Shown here: positions 47,718 to 59,480 of the stretch, one piece after another
Layout of the letters: every line of letters starts with the position of its first letter
Position numbering within the stretch: the stretch's first letter is position 1
DNA from: Podarcis erhardii
Lineage: Eukaryota
Strand: one strand, 5' to 3'
DNA length: 64,000 nucleotides
NCBI GenBank assembly: GCA_964252035.1
Contig: OZ176200.1
Made by a program: the position numbers and the translations under genes
The notes under the pieces: generated by a model
The model's database searches: none
Told to the model about the DNA's origin: nothing
What the model saw: the letters and a program-made list of their open reading frames with translations, nothing else

Positions 47718-48552
47718 GTAAGTTGCTTTCTGAAAGAGAGGGCACTAATGTTTTTCTTTGCATTTGACTTTGGGGTGTGGTTTTTTTGTTTAAAGTGGTG
47801 CCGTTTATCATGAAGCATACTTTCCATGTGTCTCATTCAAGGGTACTGGCTAATAAGCATGAAAGAACATAGTGCCATATACATTATAGGGTTGATTCCA
47901 ATCATAGTCCTACCAGGTGTAAACCCATGGAAATCAATGGACGTGACTATCTCAGGTCCATTAACTTCAGTAGGTCTAGTCTGATAATACCTTAGTTAGA
48001 TACCTCCCATAATCTACCTGTGCTGTGTTTTCAGTTACTCATTTGCCAGTTTCTTCAGTGTAAGCTTACCAGGCTGGTTTGCATGACTGTCAGGCTTGTA
48101 GTTGCCACTTGAATCTCATCTGCAGGTTGGCTCCCAGCCTGTTGCCAGCTGGTCCCCATGCATGTGCCAGCAGGCTCACAGCAGACGTAAGTGTTTAGCT
48201 GTTAGTGGCAACATGCAAAAAAAGAAGGAAAAGAAAGAAAAGAAACACCTTGGTGTGACATGTGGCAGTGGCAGAATGGGGACAAGGAGCCAACATCCAC
48301 AGACAGATCCCATGGCTACTGCCGTGAGTCTTAAGGTTGTCCGAAATGACCATTGCATGAACAAGGAGCAATCTTTAAAGCATCACATTGCACCCCTACT
48401 CCTTGATGTCCCAGGATGTGGGGGGGGGGACAGATCCAGCCGATTTCCAGTGCTGCATTGAATCATACAATTCTTGCAGCATCCCGCGCCCAAATCCTTA
48501 GAAGTAAGAAAGGGCCCAGTAACAACTGCAGCTGTCTCGTTTGCCCCAACAG

Positions 48553-49666
48553 GTTTGTAAAAGACCGGCGTCCCTCCATCTCACCCAACTTCAACTTCCT
48601 GGGTCAGCTCCTAGAGTATGAGAGAAGCCTGAAGCGGCTCAAGGCTCTGAAGGCCCAAGGGGAGAAGGGCGAAGGAGAATCCCAGCAAGACCAGCCAGAA
48701 GCCCCTGAAGGCTGCAGGCACCAGATTCTGTCTACCTCAGAAAAGGCTGAGGAGCTATTCAGAAGCACAACCTCGGAGACCTCCTCACTTGACTCCGAGA
48801 AGCCAGCGGGAGTCTCCAAGGTTGTCTCGCCTACAGCACTGCAACAAGGGCTCCGTGGCCTCCACTTGTCTTCGGAGCGCATCCAAGACACCAACCGGCT
48901 GAAGCGTTCCTTCTCCCTGGACATCAAGTCAGCCTACACCCCTAGCCGGAGGCAGCAGGACCCTCCAGGTCCAACAGAGGCAGGAGAAACCCCCAAGCTG
49001 TGCAAGCTGGACAGCCCATCAGGTCCCAACGGCACATGCCAGTTCTCCCCTGTCCCAGACAGCCCGGACTGGCCCAGCGGGCCCGACTTCCTCCTCGAGG
49101 CCAAAGTACGGCAGAGACGGAAGCACAGGCACCAAGCCGGCTCCCCTGCCCACGGGCTGAGCCTTAACTTCAGTGGGGTGTGCGCCATGCACAAGAGCGC
49201 CAGCGTGGAGGACAGCCTCAAGCAGACGCTTCGGGCGGGCCTCCCCGGTGTGGGGCAGCAGCCGACCGCCACCCCGGCCCCCACCGGCACTTGGGGGGTG
49301 CACTTGGAGTCCCCCAGCACCCCTTCCTCTGAGAACCCCTGGTACTTCAGCACAGACTCGGCGGCGGGCAGCAAAGGCAGCGGGAGCGGGACTCTGTTTG
49401 CCGGCGCCGCCACCTACTCCTCCTTCAGCTGCAGCACAATCCAGGCGAGCTGCGAGATCAGGCTGAGGGACAAGCAGCGGGGCGAGCCGCGGGACGTGCG
49501 GCACAGCTGGCACGAGGACACCGCGGCCGAGAAGCAGTTCAAGCGCAGGAGCTGCCAGATGGAGTTCGAGGAGACCCTGTCGGAGAGCAGGTCTCGGGAA
49601 GACCTGGGCAAAATCAGCAAACAGTCTAGCTTTTCGGGCAGCATGGAAATCATTGAGGTGTCCTGA
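48553..49666 (+). CDS. DUSP8: DUSP8 last coding exon (end of catalytic domain and long C-terminal tail)
   Basis: Acceptor ccccaacAG|G; runs FVKDRRPSISPNFNFLGQLLEYERSL...LQQGLRGLHLSSERIQDTNRLKRSFSLDIKSAY...FKRRSCQMEFEE...SFSGSMEIIEVS to TGA at 49664-49666, matching the conserved DUSP8 C-terminal motifs. Confidence 0.98.
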
Positions 49667-50773
49667 CACTCACCTTGTGAGATCTGAGAGCAAGTTGCGT
49701 GTGCATCAGTGGGTGGGTGGGGAGGGGGGAGGCTGGCGAGATATTTAACTAGGGAGAGGGAAGGGGGAGGGGAGGGTATTATTTATATGCCTGTGTGCGT
49801 TTCCAAAGGGCACACATGCTGAAGCAAAGGCAAAGCTAAACGAATCCAAAGTCAGGAAACATAACGGTGCATGCTTGGTGCCCTCCCTTTTATGTTCCTA
49901 CCTCCACCACCAAGGCAAAACCACACCGCATTCCCTTTTTTGGCTGGTGGAGGGTGTATTAACTCTTTAAAGCCTGGATTCCTTCCTTTCGCATGTAGTG
50001 CTCTCTCTGCCTGCCCGCCCCCCCCAAAAAAGGCAGGGGGAAGGGGAGAGCTGAGGTGTAACTTCAAAGGTGGGGTGAAAGAGAAACAGGGGAGATATTA
50101 ACATTGTAAAGACTTCCACTGATGTAAAAGCTTTTTTTTTTTCATTGAAAGAAGATTATTGTTGTTTGATCTGCAGGTTTGCAGTGGGGGAAGTCTAAAG
50201 GGAAGCAGGTTCTTTTCTTGTGAGAGTACATTAGCAACTGTTGATATTACCCACCCGCTCCCATTACAGGAGGAGAGCTTCCCTCCTGTTCCATCAGGGT
50301 GGGACATTATCTGTGGGTGGCTCCTTCCCAGATTGGGCTGCAGAAACCTGGAGGGGCTAAATTTCAATAGCTTCCCTAGGTGTGTGTCCCCCTTCCCATA
50401 CTGAGCATGCTCCTCTTGTGTTTCTCTGGCTAGAATTCTTAAATGCTGCACTGCGGCAGCCCTATACATATATAAATATATATTATATATAATATAAGAG
50501 AGAGAGAGAAACACAAAGAAAAAAGTTTAAATGGTTTTACTACAGTTTTTATTGAGACAAATAATATTTCAACTTTTCTTTTTAATTTATTTGAAGCTGT
50601 TCATTCTGGCAATGATTTTCAGACAATGTAGGGGCGGTACTTATCAGCTCTATTTTTACTGTGTATGGTATTTAAATCTGAAACACGAGTTTCAAAGCAA
50701 TATCCTAGGCCTGCGGCTCCTTCTGTAACTCACGTCAGTGACGCAGACACCCCAAAAAGTGGGATGAGAAATC

Positions 50774-50785
50774 TGTGTGTGTGTG

Positions 50786-50841
<56 letters not shown>
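50774..50841. repeat. Compound (TG)n(GA)n microsatellite in the putative 3' UTR
   Basis: Direct reading. Confidence 0.95.
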
Positions 50842-50845
<4 letters not shown>

Positions 50846-52214
50846 CATGTGCGTGCACTTTTATTTAAAAAGAAAAGTGAGAAAATGTTCAACACAAACT
50901 GAGCCAGGAATCCTTCTTAATGCTTCTTTACTTCCTACACCTGTCGCATCTGCAATCAAAGCCATAAAACCTTTCTCTTCCTGGGTCTGGGTGGAGTATC
51001 ACGGGGTTCCTTTATAAGAGAAGGAGAGTCCTGTTCTAAAGTCAGGAAGGGGCATCAAGAGAGCTTGATGAGTATTGGGTTTTCTTTTTAATTTTCTCTC
51101 TAGAGGAAATGTATTGGACCTGAGGGTTAAATTCCCAGAGGATGAGTCCCTTTCCAGCAGCCCAGGATATCTCCCAGATGAATGATGGTGACAAATAGGC
51201 CATTCCCTGCCCTTCCGAAGGGGGGTGGATTATGGTGAATGGCCATTCAGATGCTGCTCTTTTCAAATAGTGTTCAACCCAGTCTCCATCAGGTTTTGTG
51301 GAAGTGGTTAGGGAGATACTTGATGCCTAAAACCTTGGCAAAGGATGGCTTTAGCCAGCTGAATGCATTCTGTTATTGTGGTACTAGAGGGGGGGGAAAT
51401 CATTGAAGGTTCTTAGGGATCCATCCCACTGTAAGGAAGTGTCCACTTACTGCTGCAAGCAGGAATTTCTTCCCAGCTTCAGTTCTCCATCATAAATTTG
51501 TGCCTACTCTGAAGTACATGTTCACTTTCTATCAGGGAGCTGCTGCCATACAGAGACTTCATAACGAATGCAAATCAGCCAATGAGAAAACAGTCCAAAG
51601 ACAAATATAAAGACCAGTAAAAGACCAAACTGAACAGCCTTTTGAGAAAGGAAGTTCTAGGAAAGATAGAAAGTATTTCAGCTGTAGTGCAAAGGACCCA
51701 CTGATCCATTCCCAGCTCTCCCACATTCAGCAGTCATCTTCCAACTGATGTGTTCACAAGGAGATTAGCTTGGCTATAGAACCTATTTGTCTTATCATTG
51801 AGAAATAGTGTTCATTGGCTGTGATATTACCCACAAAAGAAACCTAGTCCTGAGATCCCCACTGGCATACTTCATGGGGGAATGGTTGGCTGTAAGAAAT
51901 CCTCCTGCACAGGATTAATTTTCCTTTTTTCGGAGATGGGGAAGAAAGATTCTCCTGACACTTTTCTAAAGATATACACCAAAAGACAGAGAAGAGGACA
52001 GGGTTAACCCAAGGTATTTTGACCCTTGAAATGGATAATCCATATCTTCCCACCTCATCCCAATGGTAAAAAGTATAAGAATAAAGTACACCACTTAAGT
52101 CACTCTTTAATGGCAGAAATCTGCTGCCTGAAGTGGCTGCTTCTTTCCGTTTCATATTGGGGCTGGCCCTGGATGAGGATGAGCTGGAGCCTGTTCCCCC
52201 TAGTTGAACTAAGG

Positions 52215-52299
52215 CAGCCTTGCCCACCCTAGGGTTCCCAGGTCTTGTTGGGATGATGAGAGATGTAATCCAACAACACCTGGGGTCAGGGGAAGGCTG
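52215..52299. mobile_element. Internally deleted MITE remnant within the putative 3' UTR
   Basis: cagccttgcccacc .. gggatgatgagagatgtaatccaacaacacctgg .. ggggaaggctg; similar flanks aactaagg / acctaagg. Confidence 0.55.
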
Positions 52300-53527
52300 A
52301 ACCTAAGGGCAGGTTGAAACATGATGGTCTTTTTTTGTGTAGTTGCTAGGAAGGTTGCTGTGCAGTGAAGGCTCTCTACAGAGGTGGTAACATTTGTAAA
52401 TCACCAACTGTGCAGATGGGCCCAGTCGCATGGAGAGTCGAACCCCAGCGAATCACGTTCATGGTTGCAATCTGTCCATGTGATTAGACTGATCTATGTG
52501 GTATGTAGCTGTGAAATATTACCATTCTTGCACGACGCTGCTGCACAAAGTATTTTTTGGAGGCCACATTGTTCACATTGGTCTCTTGTTCTGCTCCAAG
52601 TGATGGCCTCAGCAGTATGGTCGCTCCAACCCACAAGGCAAAGGTCTAGGTTCCAGCAGGTACTAAGCTGGCAAGGCAAGGTCTAGGTTCTGGCAAGGTG
52701 AGTGCTCCCTGGACAGCAGGCTGGAGACTCAGAGCAGAGCTCAGATGTTGTCTCGGCACTATTCAGCCTCATGCTGAACCTTATGTAGGAGCTGCAGCTC
52801 TGTGTAACCAACTCTACTTTGGGTGAGAGGATTCTCATTTAAAGGGGCCCATCCTGCTTTGACAGGCAATGGATCCAATGGAGTTAGGGAGACTCTAGTT
52901 GCATGAGGGCTTCTAGAGTCCTTCAGGTCAGAGGAGGGCACTGTGACCATCTTGGGCCAAAAAGGTGCTGCAACAACGGGCTTCTGCTGCGCCAGTGTTT
53001 CTGGTTAGTATGGACATTTGCAGCTGACCAAGGGTCGATCCCTCTCACATTCTGAATATTTGGCCTCATCTCCTAAAGTTTGGGAGTCTGACCCTGGGGG
53101 CTTGAGCAGGAGAATGAGTTAGCAAATCAGTAGAGTGTTGATAATTCAGCTAATAGGGCAAAGGTTCCCAGTCAAAAACACAAAAGTGGGAGGGAAGAAC
53201 ATTTTCGCTCTTTGGCCACACTGGTCTTCTTCCCTTTTGAGGAGTAGCAACACATTCCCCCAACAGCTCCTGGCAGAGGCACTGCAATGCTGCTTCCTTC
53301 TTTTGGAACACAGGCCTAGAGCCATCTCTCTTAAAGCCGAAAGCACATTTTTCTCTTTGTGTAACTGATTTTGCATTTGCTCCTTTCTTATCACATGCTG
53401 GTTTTTTGAGCCAATACCTCAGGGTTGTTTGTGTAGCTTTTAAATGAGAAAAAAAATTATTTGAGATAAAAGCAACTTCATTTCTTTTCCCATTTTCTTT
53501 CTTGTTGAAATGTGATTTTTTTACAAA

Positions 53528-53563
53528 AATAAAAAATCCTACACAAGACAAAAAATAAATAAA
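53528..53563 (+). terminator. Polyadenylation signal cluster (3 x AATAAA)
   Basis: AATAAA at 53528-53533, 53554-53559 and 53558-53563; U/GU-rich tgatgtttttg..tgtctgtttc at about 53612-53640. Confidence 0.55.
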
Positions 53564-54015
53564 AATCTCAGGTTCAGAGCTTACCAACACAAACCACAGG
53601 GAGCAGCAATATGATGTTTTTGCATCAGATTGTCTGTTTCCTGACTGTAACAATTGCTGTCTGTACTCTACCAAGACATAAGGTAGAGACCTCATGATAC
53701 TTATTTTACCAAAATATTTTCATATTAGATGCTGCAAGCTCAGAAGTGATCCGACTGACCTGCATAGTATTTTGAAAGTAGCATGACAGAGTAGTGGGGG
53801 CTGGGGGAAGTGGAATAGGATAAACATGGGTTACCTAGGTTGAGAGTTTCTTTTTGATCCCTCGTCACATCTTCAACCATAACTTAATGTATCTGGGTGC
53901 TTAATGTATATTGATGCTTTCAGATGCTTTAAGTTCAGAATCCTCATTTCCTTCAGTAGATTGCATCCAAAGGGTGGATTAACCCTTTAGCAGCATGAAA
54001 CTCCATGTTTTAAAC

Positions 54016-54141
54016 CAGTGTTTCTCAAACCAGTGTTTCTCAAACTTTGGTCCCCAGCTGTTGTTGGACTACAACTCCTATCATCCCTGACCACTGGTCC
54101 TGCTAGCTAGGGATGATGGGGACCCAAGTTTGAGAAACACT
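54016..54141. mobile_element. Palindromic hAT MITE with duplicated left TIR and shortened right arm
   Basis: CAGTGTTTCTCAAAC occurs twice in tandem (54016, 54031); right end gtttgagaaacact. Confidence 0.85.
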
Positions 54142-55371
54142 TAATCCTGTGCCTCTTTTCCTGTGGGACCAACAGGAGAATAGCATTCAGACATGCAGGT
54201 GATTAGAACAGATATTGCTGCAGGGCAGAACAGTTCATAATGGAGCACTGCTTTCATAAATGGTATGCAGTAGACATGAAGGATGAAATCTATAAGGCTG
54301 TTAAGCAATCCAGTCTTCAGCAGTCACTCCCCAGCATCTCTGCTTTTCACAACTAAATTGCTGTCCTAGGTTGGTTGTTGTTGTTTTTGCAAAAAATCCA
54401 CAAGGAATTAAAAACAGTCACTTGGAAAGTTCACAGATCATTGGCACTGCAGTGTTCAGCATGTCCCTTGGGAATTTTTACAGGGATGACCTGGAAAATC
54501 CTATCTCTTTTCAGTGTCTGCTGCCATCTTTGCCGTGACACAATGTGCTACTTGCACTCTGTGAATACCAAGGGCCCTTGAGATCTGTTCTGTGTTACAA
54601 GTGTAGCAGAGTTTGGTGCAGAAAATACCACAAGGACAAATTCGTGACAGCTACTGAACACTTGAAATTTATACAAAAGTGCTGCAGTCCATTCTGTCAG
54701 ACAAAAACTTTCTCAGTTCACAATCTGATTTCAGCCAGTGCTGCAAAGTCAATCCTTACAGTATATTCTAGCAACTAACAGCATCAGTGGGGAAGGACAA
54801 AAATGAATGGTTGCTTGCTCTGAAGAGCTGCCACCTGCTGTCATTTCAGAGCAATCACTCCTCCAGAATTAAAAGGTGGGGAAGAATATGTGGGTATTCA
54901 GGCTAGCATTCCCAGCAAGCTGCAAAATTGCCAACAGTTCCCTTCAGCAGGAAAAAAAAAGTGGGCCAATCTGAGTGGCGGGAGGAATTTCTAGGACAAT
55001 TGGTGGAGATTGAAGTGAAAATCTGGGGATTTTCTCAAATGCAGAGAATATCAAGAAAAGAAGAGCAATTTAAAATAGTGAAAGACACAGTCTTAATCTT
55101 CACCCTTCTTATGAAAATCAAATTTGCATTTTCTATTTCCTTTCTAACCGTGTTAGAAGCCATATTTGAGCTATTTTCCATAGCCCTATGTGGAATGTAT
55201 CCTGCAGGAAATAATCTACCATTGCCTTCTATTGAAAACATCAGAAAAATGCCATTATGCTTGTCTTAGTTGAACTCAAAAGGCATCTTTGCCTTGTCTT
55301 TATTGGGATCAGGTTAAGCCCACAGGTGACCTAGAACAGCTTTTCCTGAAAATATTATTAGCTGTTTAACT

Positions 55372-55549
55372 AAGGGTTGCCATATTTCAAAAAATGAAAA
55401 TCCAGCCACAAAAGTTGTTGAGCTTCTTTTGCTAAATTTCAAGTTTTTTTAAAGGAAATTGGCCAAAATCTACATGTCCAACATGGGCTGCCATATGGCT
55501 GGCCAAATCCCAGCTATGTCTGGAAAATTCTGGATGTATGGCAACCCTA
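55372..55549. mobile_element. hAT-Blackjack-like MITE
   Basis: TIRs aAGGGTTGCCATA / TATGGCAACCCTA; TSD gtttaact (55364-55371) / gttgaact (55550-55557), 7/8. Confidence 0.85.
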
Positions 55550-56474
55550 GTTGAACTCGCCAGTTCTTATCAGTCAGGAAATTGCTCCAGGGGACCTCTG
55601 ACTTCAATTCTAATCTGATGTTCATGCTTCAACTACACAGTAATCTGCCACAGAATTATTGCCAACTCAGTAGCAGAATGCAGGCGAACCAAAGCCCCCA
55701 TGTGAGAACTCAGAAGTAGGAATCTAGCGCCTGCAAATAGGTTCTGCTCACGGACAATCAGAATTATATGAAAATATTTGATTTGCTGTGAGACAAGTGT
55801 CTTCCGGGATGCAAATAAGGTCTTTAAGATTTATTGAAAAGGTAAGGCAAAAAAAAAAAAAAAAATACCCACTATAAAACAACCACCCTCTGGCACAACA
55901 ACCTGGCCTTGCGTACGATGTCAATGAAATATCCCAGGAACTTTTTAAAAAATTCCTCATAAATCCAAGCTCTAGTGTTTGTGGGACAATGCAGGCTCAC
56001 TGAGTTCATAATGCAAGTTTGCAGTTTGCTTTCATGGCAGATTCTGGAGAAGTATCATTTTCCTGCCTCTTAACCCTCAAGCTTAAAAAACAAAAAGTGG
56101 TGGAGATGTGCTGTTTTGACCTCACTTGAGATGCAAAACACTAAGGCTGGCACCACCCAGGTCTATGGTGAATTTCTGGCTTGCAGCACCTTCTCTTTGC
56201 AACAGCAACAAAAATAGGTTGAGTTTCCCTCCCGCTTTGTAAGTCTGTGCTATGTTTCTTTGACCCTCCACCTCTTTTGTCATCTGCGCTCTCTGGTTTT
56301 ATTTATTTTTCCTTTTCCCTGTGTTTCTTCCTGTAGCCATATGCTCTTGTTCTGTCTCCTCTCCTGGATGCCATCCCTTTAAAAGGAGGTATTTTCTGCC
56401 TTCCTCCTGATCCTAATGCTAATGATAATAAGCTATCAATGTTGTAATTGCAATGTATGAATTATAGATTTAAG

Positions 56475-56478
<4 letters not shown>

Positions 56479-56520
<42 letters not shown>
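56479..56520. repeat. (ATT)n microsatellite
   Basis: Direct reading. Confidence 0.95.
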
Positions 56521-56840
56521 GTAATTTTACTTCTATGTATGTTGATCTTTGTTTCTCTGTTGTGAGTATATGCAGAACTTTTCCATCTCCAACTGCCCTT
56601 TTGCCTTCCCTGACTCCTTGTAGGTAGTGGCTGGTCAGTACTATGGCACGTCAGGTTGTTAGATGTTATAAGGAGGAACAGATCAGTTTCTTGTGGAGTT
56701 TGGAAAGGTGTGGAGTAGCTATCTCTATTCCACGGAAGTTTCTAGGGAGCAACAGAAGAGTTCCAAAATGATTTCAAATTATTAAGTAGTACTTTAAAAG
56801 ATACAGAATCAACATATTCCACATTTTCTTCATCCTAGAG

Positions 56841-56976
56841 CAGTGATGGCCAAACTTGGCCCTCCAGCTGTTTTGGGACTACAACTCCCATCATCCCTAG
56901 CTAACAGGACCAGTGGTCAGGGATGACGGGAATTGTAGTCCCAAAACAGCTGGTGGGCCAGGTTTGGCCATCACTG
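56841..56976. mobile_element. 136-bp palindromic hAT MITE with perfect TSD
   Basis: TIRs CAGTGATGGCCAAAC / GTTTGGCCATCACTG; TCCTAGAG at 56833-56840 and 56977-56984. Confidence 0.96.
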
Positions 56977-58622
56977 TCCTAGAGCTTGTCTGCACTGCAA
57001 AAAACGTTTCAGTGCAACGTCTTCCCAAACCCTAAACACCCCCCCCACAAGTAGTCCTAAGAATTATAGTGCAATGACCACATTTCAGTAGTCCAGATTT
57101 CTCCCTAGAGATATAAAAAAACAAACAAACCTGCATCTGTGCCCGATGATGAAGCGTTTTGTTTCCAAATCCTATCATAAAAACTCTGAGTTTGATGGCA
57201 CTGTGCTCTAGAATTTTCAGCCACCTCAAGAACTGGGATTACGTTGGTCCAAACAGACCGGAAGAGATTTAAATGCTTATGATTTCCTTAGAAGTAAGGA
57301 CATTTCCACACAGGAATCTTAAACGAGTTCTTGCTTCAGTTGCTTTGTTACGCTAACGCAAAATTCTCCCTCTTCCACATTAATAGTGATCAGAGATTCA
57401 CATCACTAATGAGAAAGTTCAAAGGTGAATTAAGATTAAATTATTACTGAAATTATTGTCCTAGTAAAACTAAAACCACAATATAATTTATACAAAGTTC
57501 CAGGTCATGAACAAGTCTCCAAAACACCCCCTGATAAATGGGCTGAGGCCTTTTCCTGTATGAGAAAGAGCTGTCCATGTTCCGTCACAAATTTCTCAAT
57601 GAATTTAGGATGACAGAAACTATCAGGCACAACCCCTGTGTGTTTAGGTATCATCTGGTGACTCATGTCTCAACATTCCTATATTGCTAAACACATTTTC
57701 CTTCCCAGCATTGGAAAGAAATGTCAGTATTACTGAAAACTCCAGTGAACAAAAAGACTTATTTGTCTCCTGTAAAGACACCTCTGTGCCACAGTACTTT
57801 CCTAGCCAACCTTGGTAGGAATCAGTTTAAGGTAAGATTATTAAGAATAGCCATCAAACAGACTATATTTGCAATGCAAAAGACACAAAAGGTGGAGGAA
57901 GAGAGGTGCAGAATGAGGTCTTTCCATTGCAGTATCTTACATTTATTTATTGTTGCTCAGAATTCTTTTGGAAGGAGTAGAGAAACTGAGTTACCTATAT
58001 TCTCAGGAGGCATACGTAGAATCCCTTTTTGGTCTCTTGTCTTCAGAGCCATGTTTTTATCCCAGGTCTCCTGTCTTGCAAACATTCACAGACAAAGATT
58101 GATTAGGGGCGAGTTGTTGGAACCCCCTAATCCAGGCGCAGAATGGAAGGTCTTAGTCTGTGGGGAAATCCTCATACACAAGAAGTGAATAGGTCTCAAA
58201 CTGAGCAGTTCAGTATCAAAGGTTGCCCTTGGACGGCTGGGGAATGAGTTTTGAGGTCCCTGTGCTTTCTAGGATTGAATTCCGAGTACTGTCCAGGGTG
58301 GGCTACAGGTTGGGTGGGATGGGGTGGGGAATAGACTTCTTGCATCTAGTCTGTGAGTTTGTTCCCTCTCTCATGAGTCATGATAACCAAAATGCATCCC
58401 CTTCTGCCTGCTAAAGGAATGCTGACATTGGATGTTGCCTGGCAGGACTAAGTGGTGCACTCTGCCCCGGCTTTGACTTTATTTATTTATTACTGGAGGC
58501 TGTAAACAGCAGTGCTTTTTTACCCTCTCTTTCTTTTCCTTTCTTTTGTATTTGGGAACAATGTGTTGTAATAAATTCCTAATAGATGTTTTAACAGCCA
58601 GTGTCAGTTTTGTTCTTTAATG

Positions 58623-58623
<1 letters not shown>

Positions 58624-58667
<44 letters not shown>
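58624..58667. repeat. (TG)n microsatellite
   Basis: Direct reading. Confidence 0.95.
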
Positions 58668-58668
<1 letters not shown>

Positions 58669-58838
58669 AGTGACAAGGGAGGGAGAAAAGGGGGAGGGAG
58701 TAATGAGAGCATTCATAGGGGATCACAATAAAGCTGATGGGAGCAATGGTCAGGTCAGCTAAAACAACAGTATTTTACTGTTCCAACCAAGAAAGCCCAC
58801 ATTCTGCCATAGAACCAGTGCCGGGATGCGAATAGGGA

Positions 58839-59023
58839 CAGCCTTCCCCAACCTGATGTCTTCCAGTTATTTTGGATAGCTCCGTTGGTAGAGTATGAGA
58901 CACTCAGTCTTGGGGTCTTCTGCATTGCAGGGGGTTGGACTAGATGATCCTCGTGGTCCCTTCCAAGTCTACAATTCTGTTATTCTGCATCTCCCATCAG
59001 CCCCACCCAGTTGGCAAAGGCTG
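58839..59023. mobile_element. Palindromic MITE interrupted by a SINE
   Basis: cagccttccccaacctg..ttttgga [insertion] ctcccatcagcccc..ttggcaaaggctg; flanked by direct repeat GAATAGGGA (58830-58838, 59024-59032). Confidence 0.75.
58876..58987 (+). mobile_element. Short tRNA-headed, CR1-tailed SINE
   Basis: Head atagctccgttggtagagtatgagac (tRNA A-box like) fused to CR1 terminus gggggttggactagatgatcctcgtggtcccttccaagtctacaattctg. Confidence 0.75.
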
Positions 59024-59066
59024 GAATAGGGATGCTTGAGAAATGCAATCTCTGAAGATTTCTATA

Positions 59067-59480
59067 TGACACTGTTTTAGAAATTCCCAGGGGACCCCAT
59101 TTAAGAGGTAGACATACAGGAAGACTCAGGAAATCACCTCAAGACACTTTATTTCTGATCTGAAAGGCTCCCAGCAGACACACAAATGAAGGCCAGGACA
59201 CACATAATGGTCAGGCTGGAAGCCCCTAGCAAAGATTAAGCAATGGTCTTTATAGGGTAGGATAAGTTACGTTTAGGCTTTGTCCAGACTGAGCATGCCC
59301 ATTCCAGAACCTTCTAACTAGCTCAAATACTGACCAATCATAAAACTTCGCCCCATATATCAGAACCAATTACAGAACATCAACCCACTTAACATAGCAC
59401 TACACCTAGAATGTTCCCCCCAACTCCACTTCCCATCCAAGTTCACACAAAGTTTACCTCAAAAGAGACTTGTCTTAACA
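59067..59480 (-). mobile_element. Possible solo LTR
   Basis: TG...CA ends; read on the minus strand, CCAAT-type motifs, TATA-like tttataggg (about 59249) and AATAAA (ctttatt about 59147) fall in LTR-like order. No TSD found. Confidence 0.3.

Larger units (their letters stand above)
49667..53590 (+). other. DUSP8: Probable DUSP8 3' UTR
   Basis: Follows the stop codon; contains ATTTA motifs and an AT-rich block and ends at a triple AATAAA cluster. The 3' boundary is inferred. Confidence 0.55.

Noticed and set aside
48416-48552. 5' extension of the 416-aa ORF (MWGGGQIQP..)
   Set aside because: It is stop-free intron sequence with a GTG start; DUSP8 homology begins exactly at the AG acceptor before 48553.
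48604-49669. Long antisense and alternate-frame ORFs (107, 159, 216, 97, 79 aa) over the last exon
   Set aside because: Expected shadows of a GC-rich coding exon; no recognisable products.
53150-53695. 181-aa minus-strand ORF overlapping the 3' UTR end
   Set aside because: No homology or splice/Kozak support; spans A/T-rich UTR sequence.
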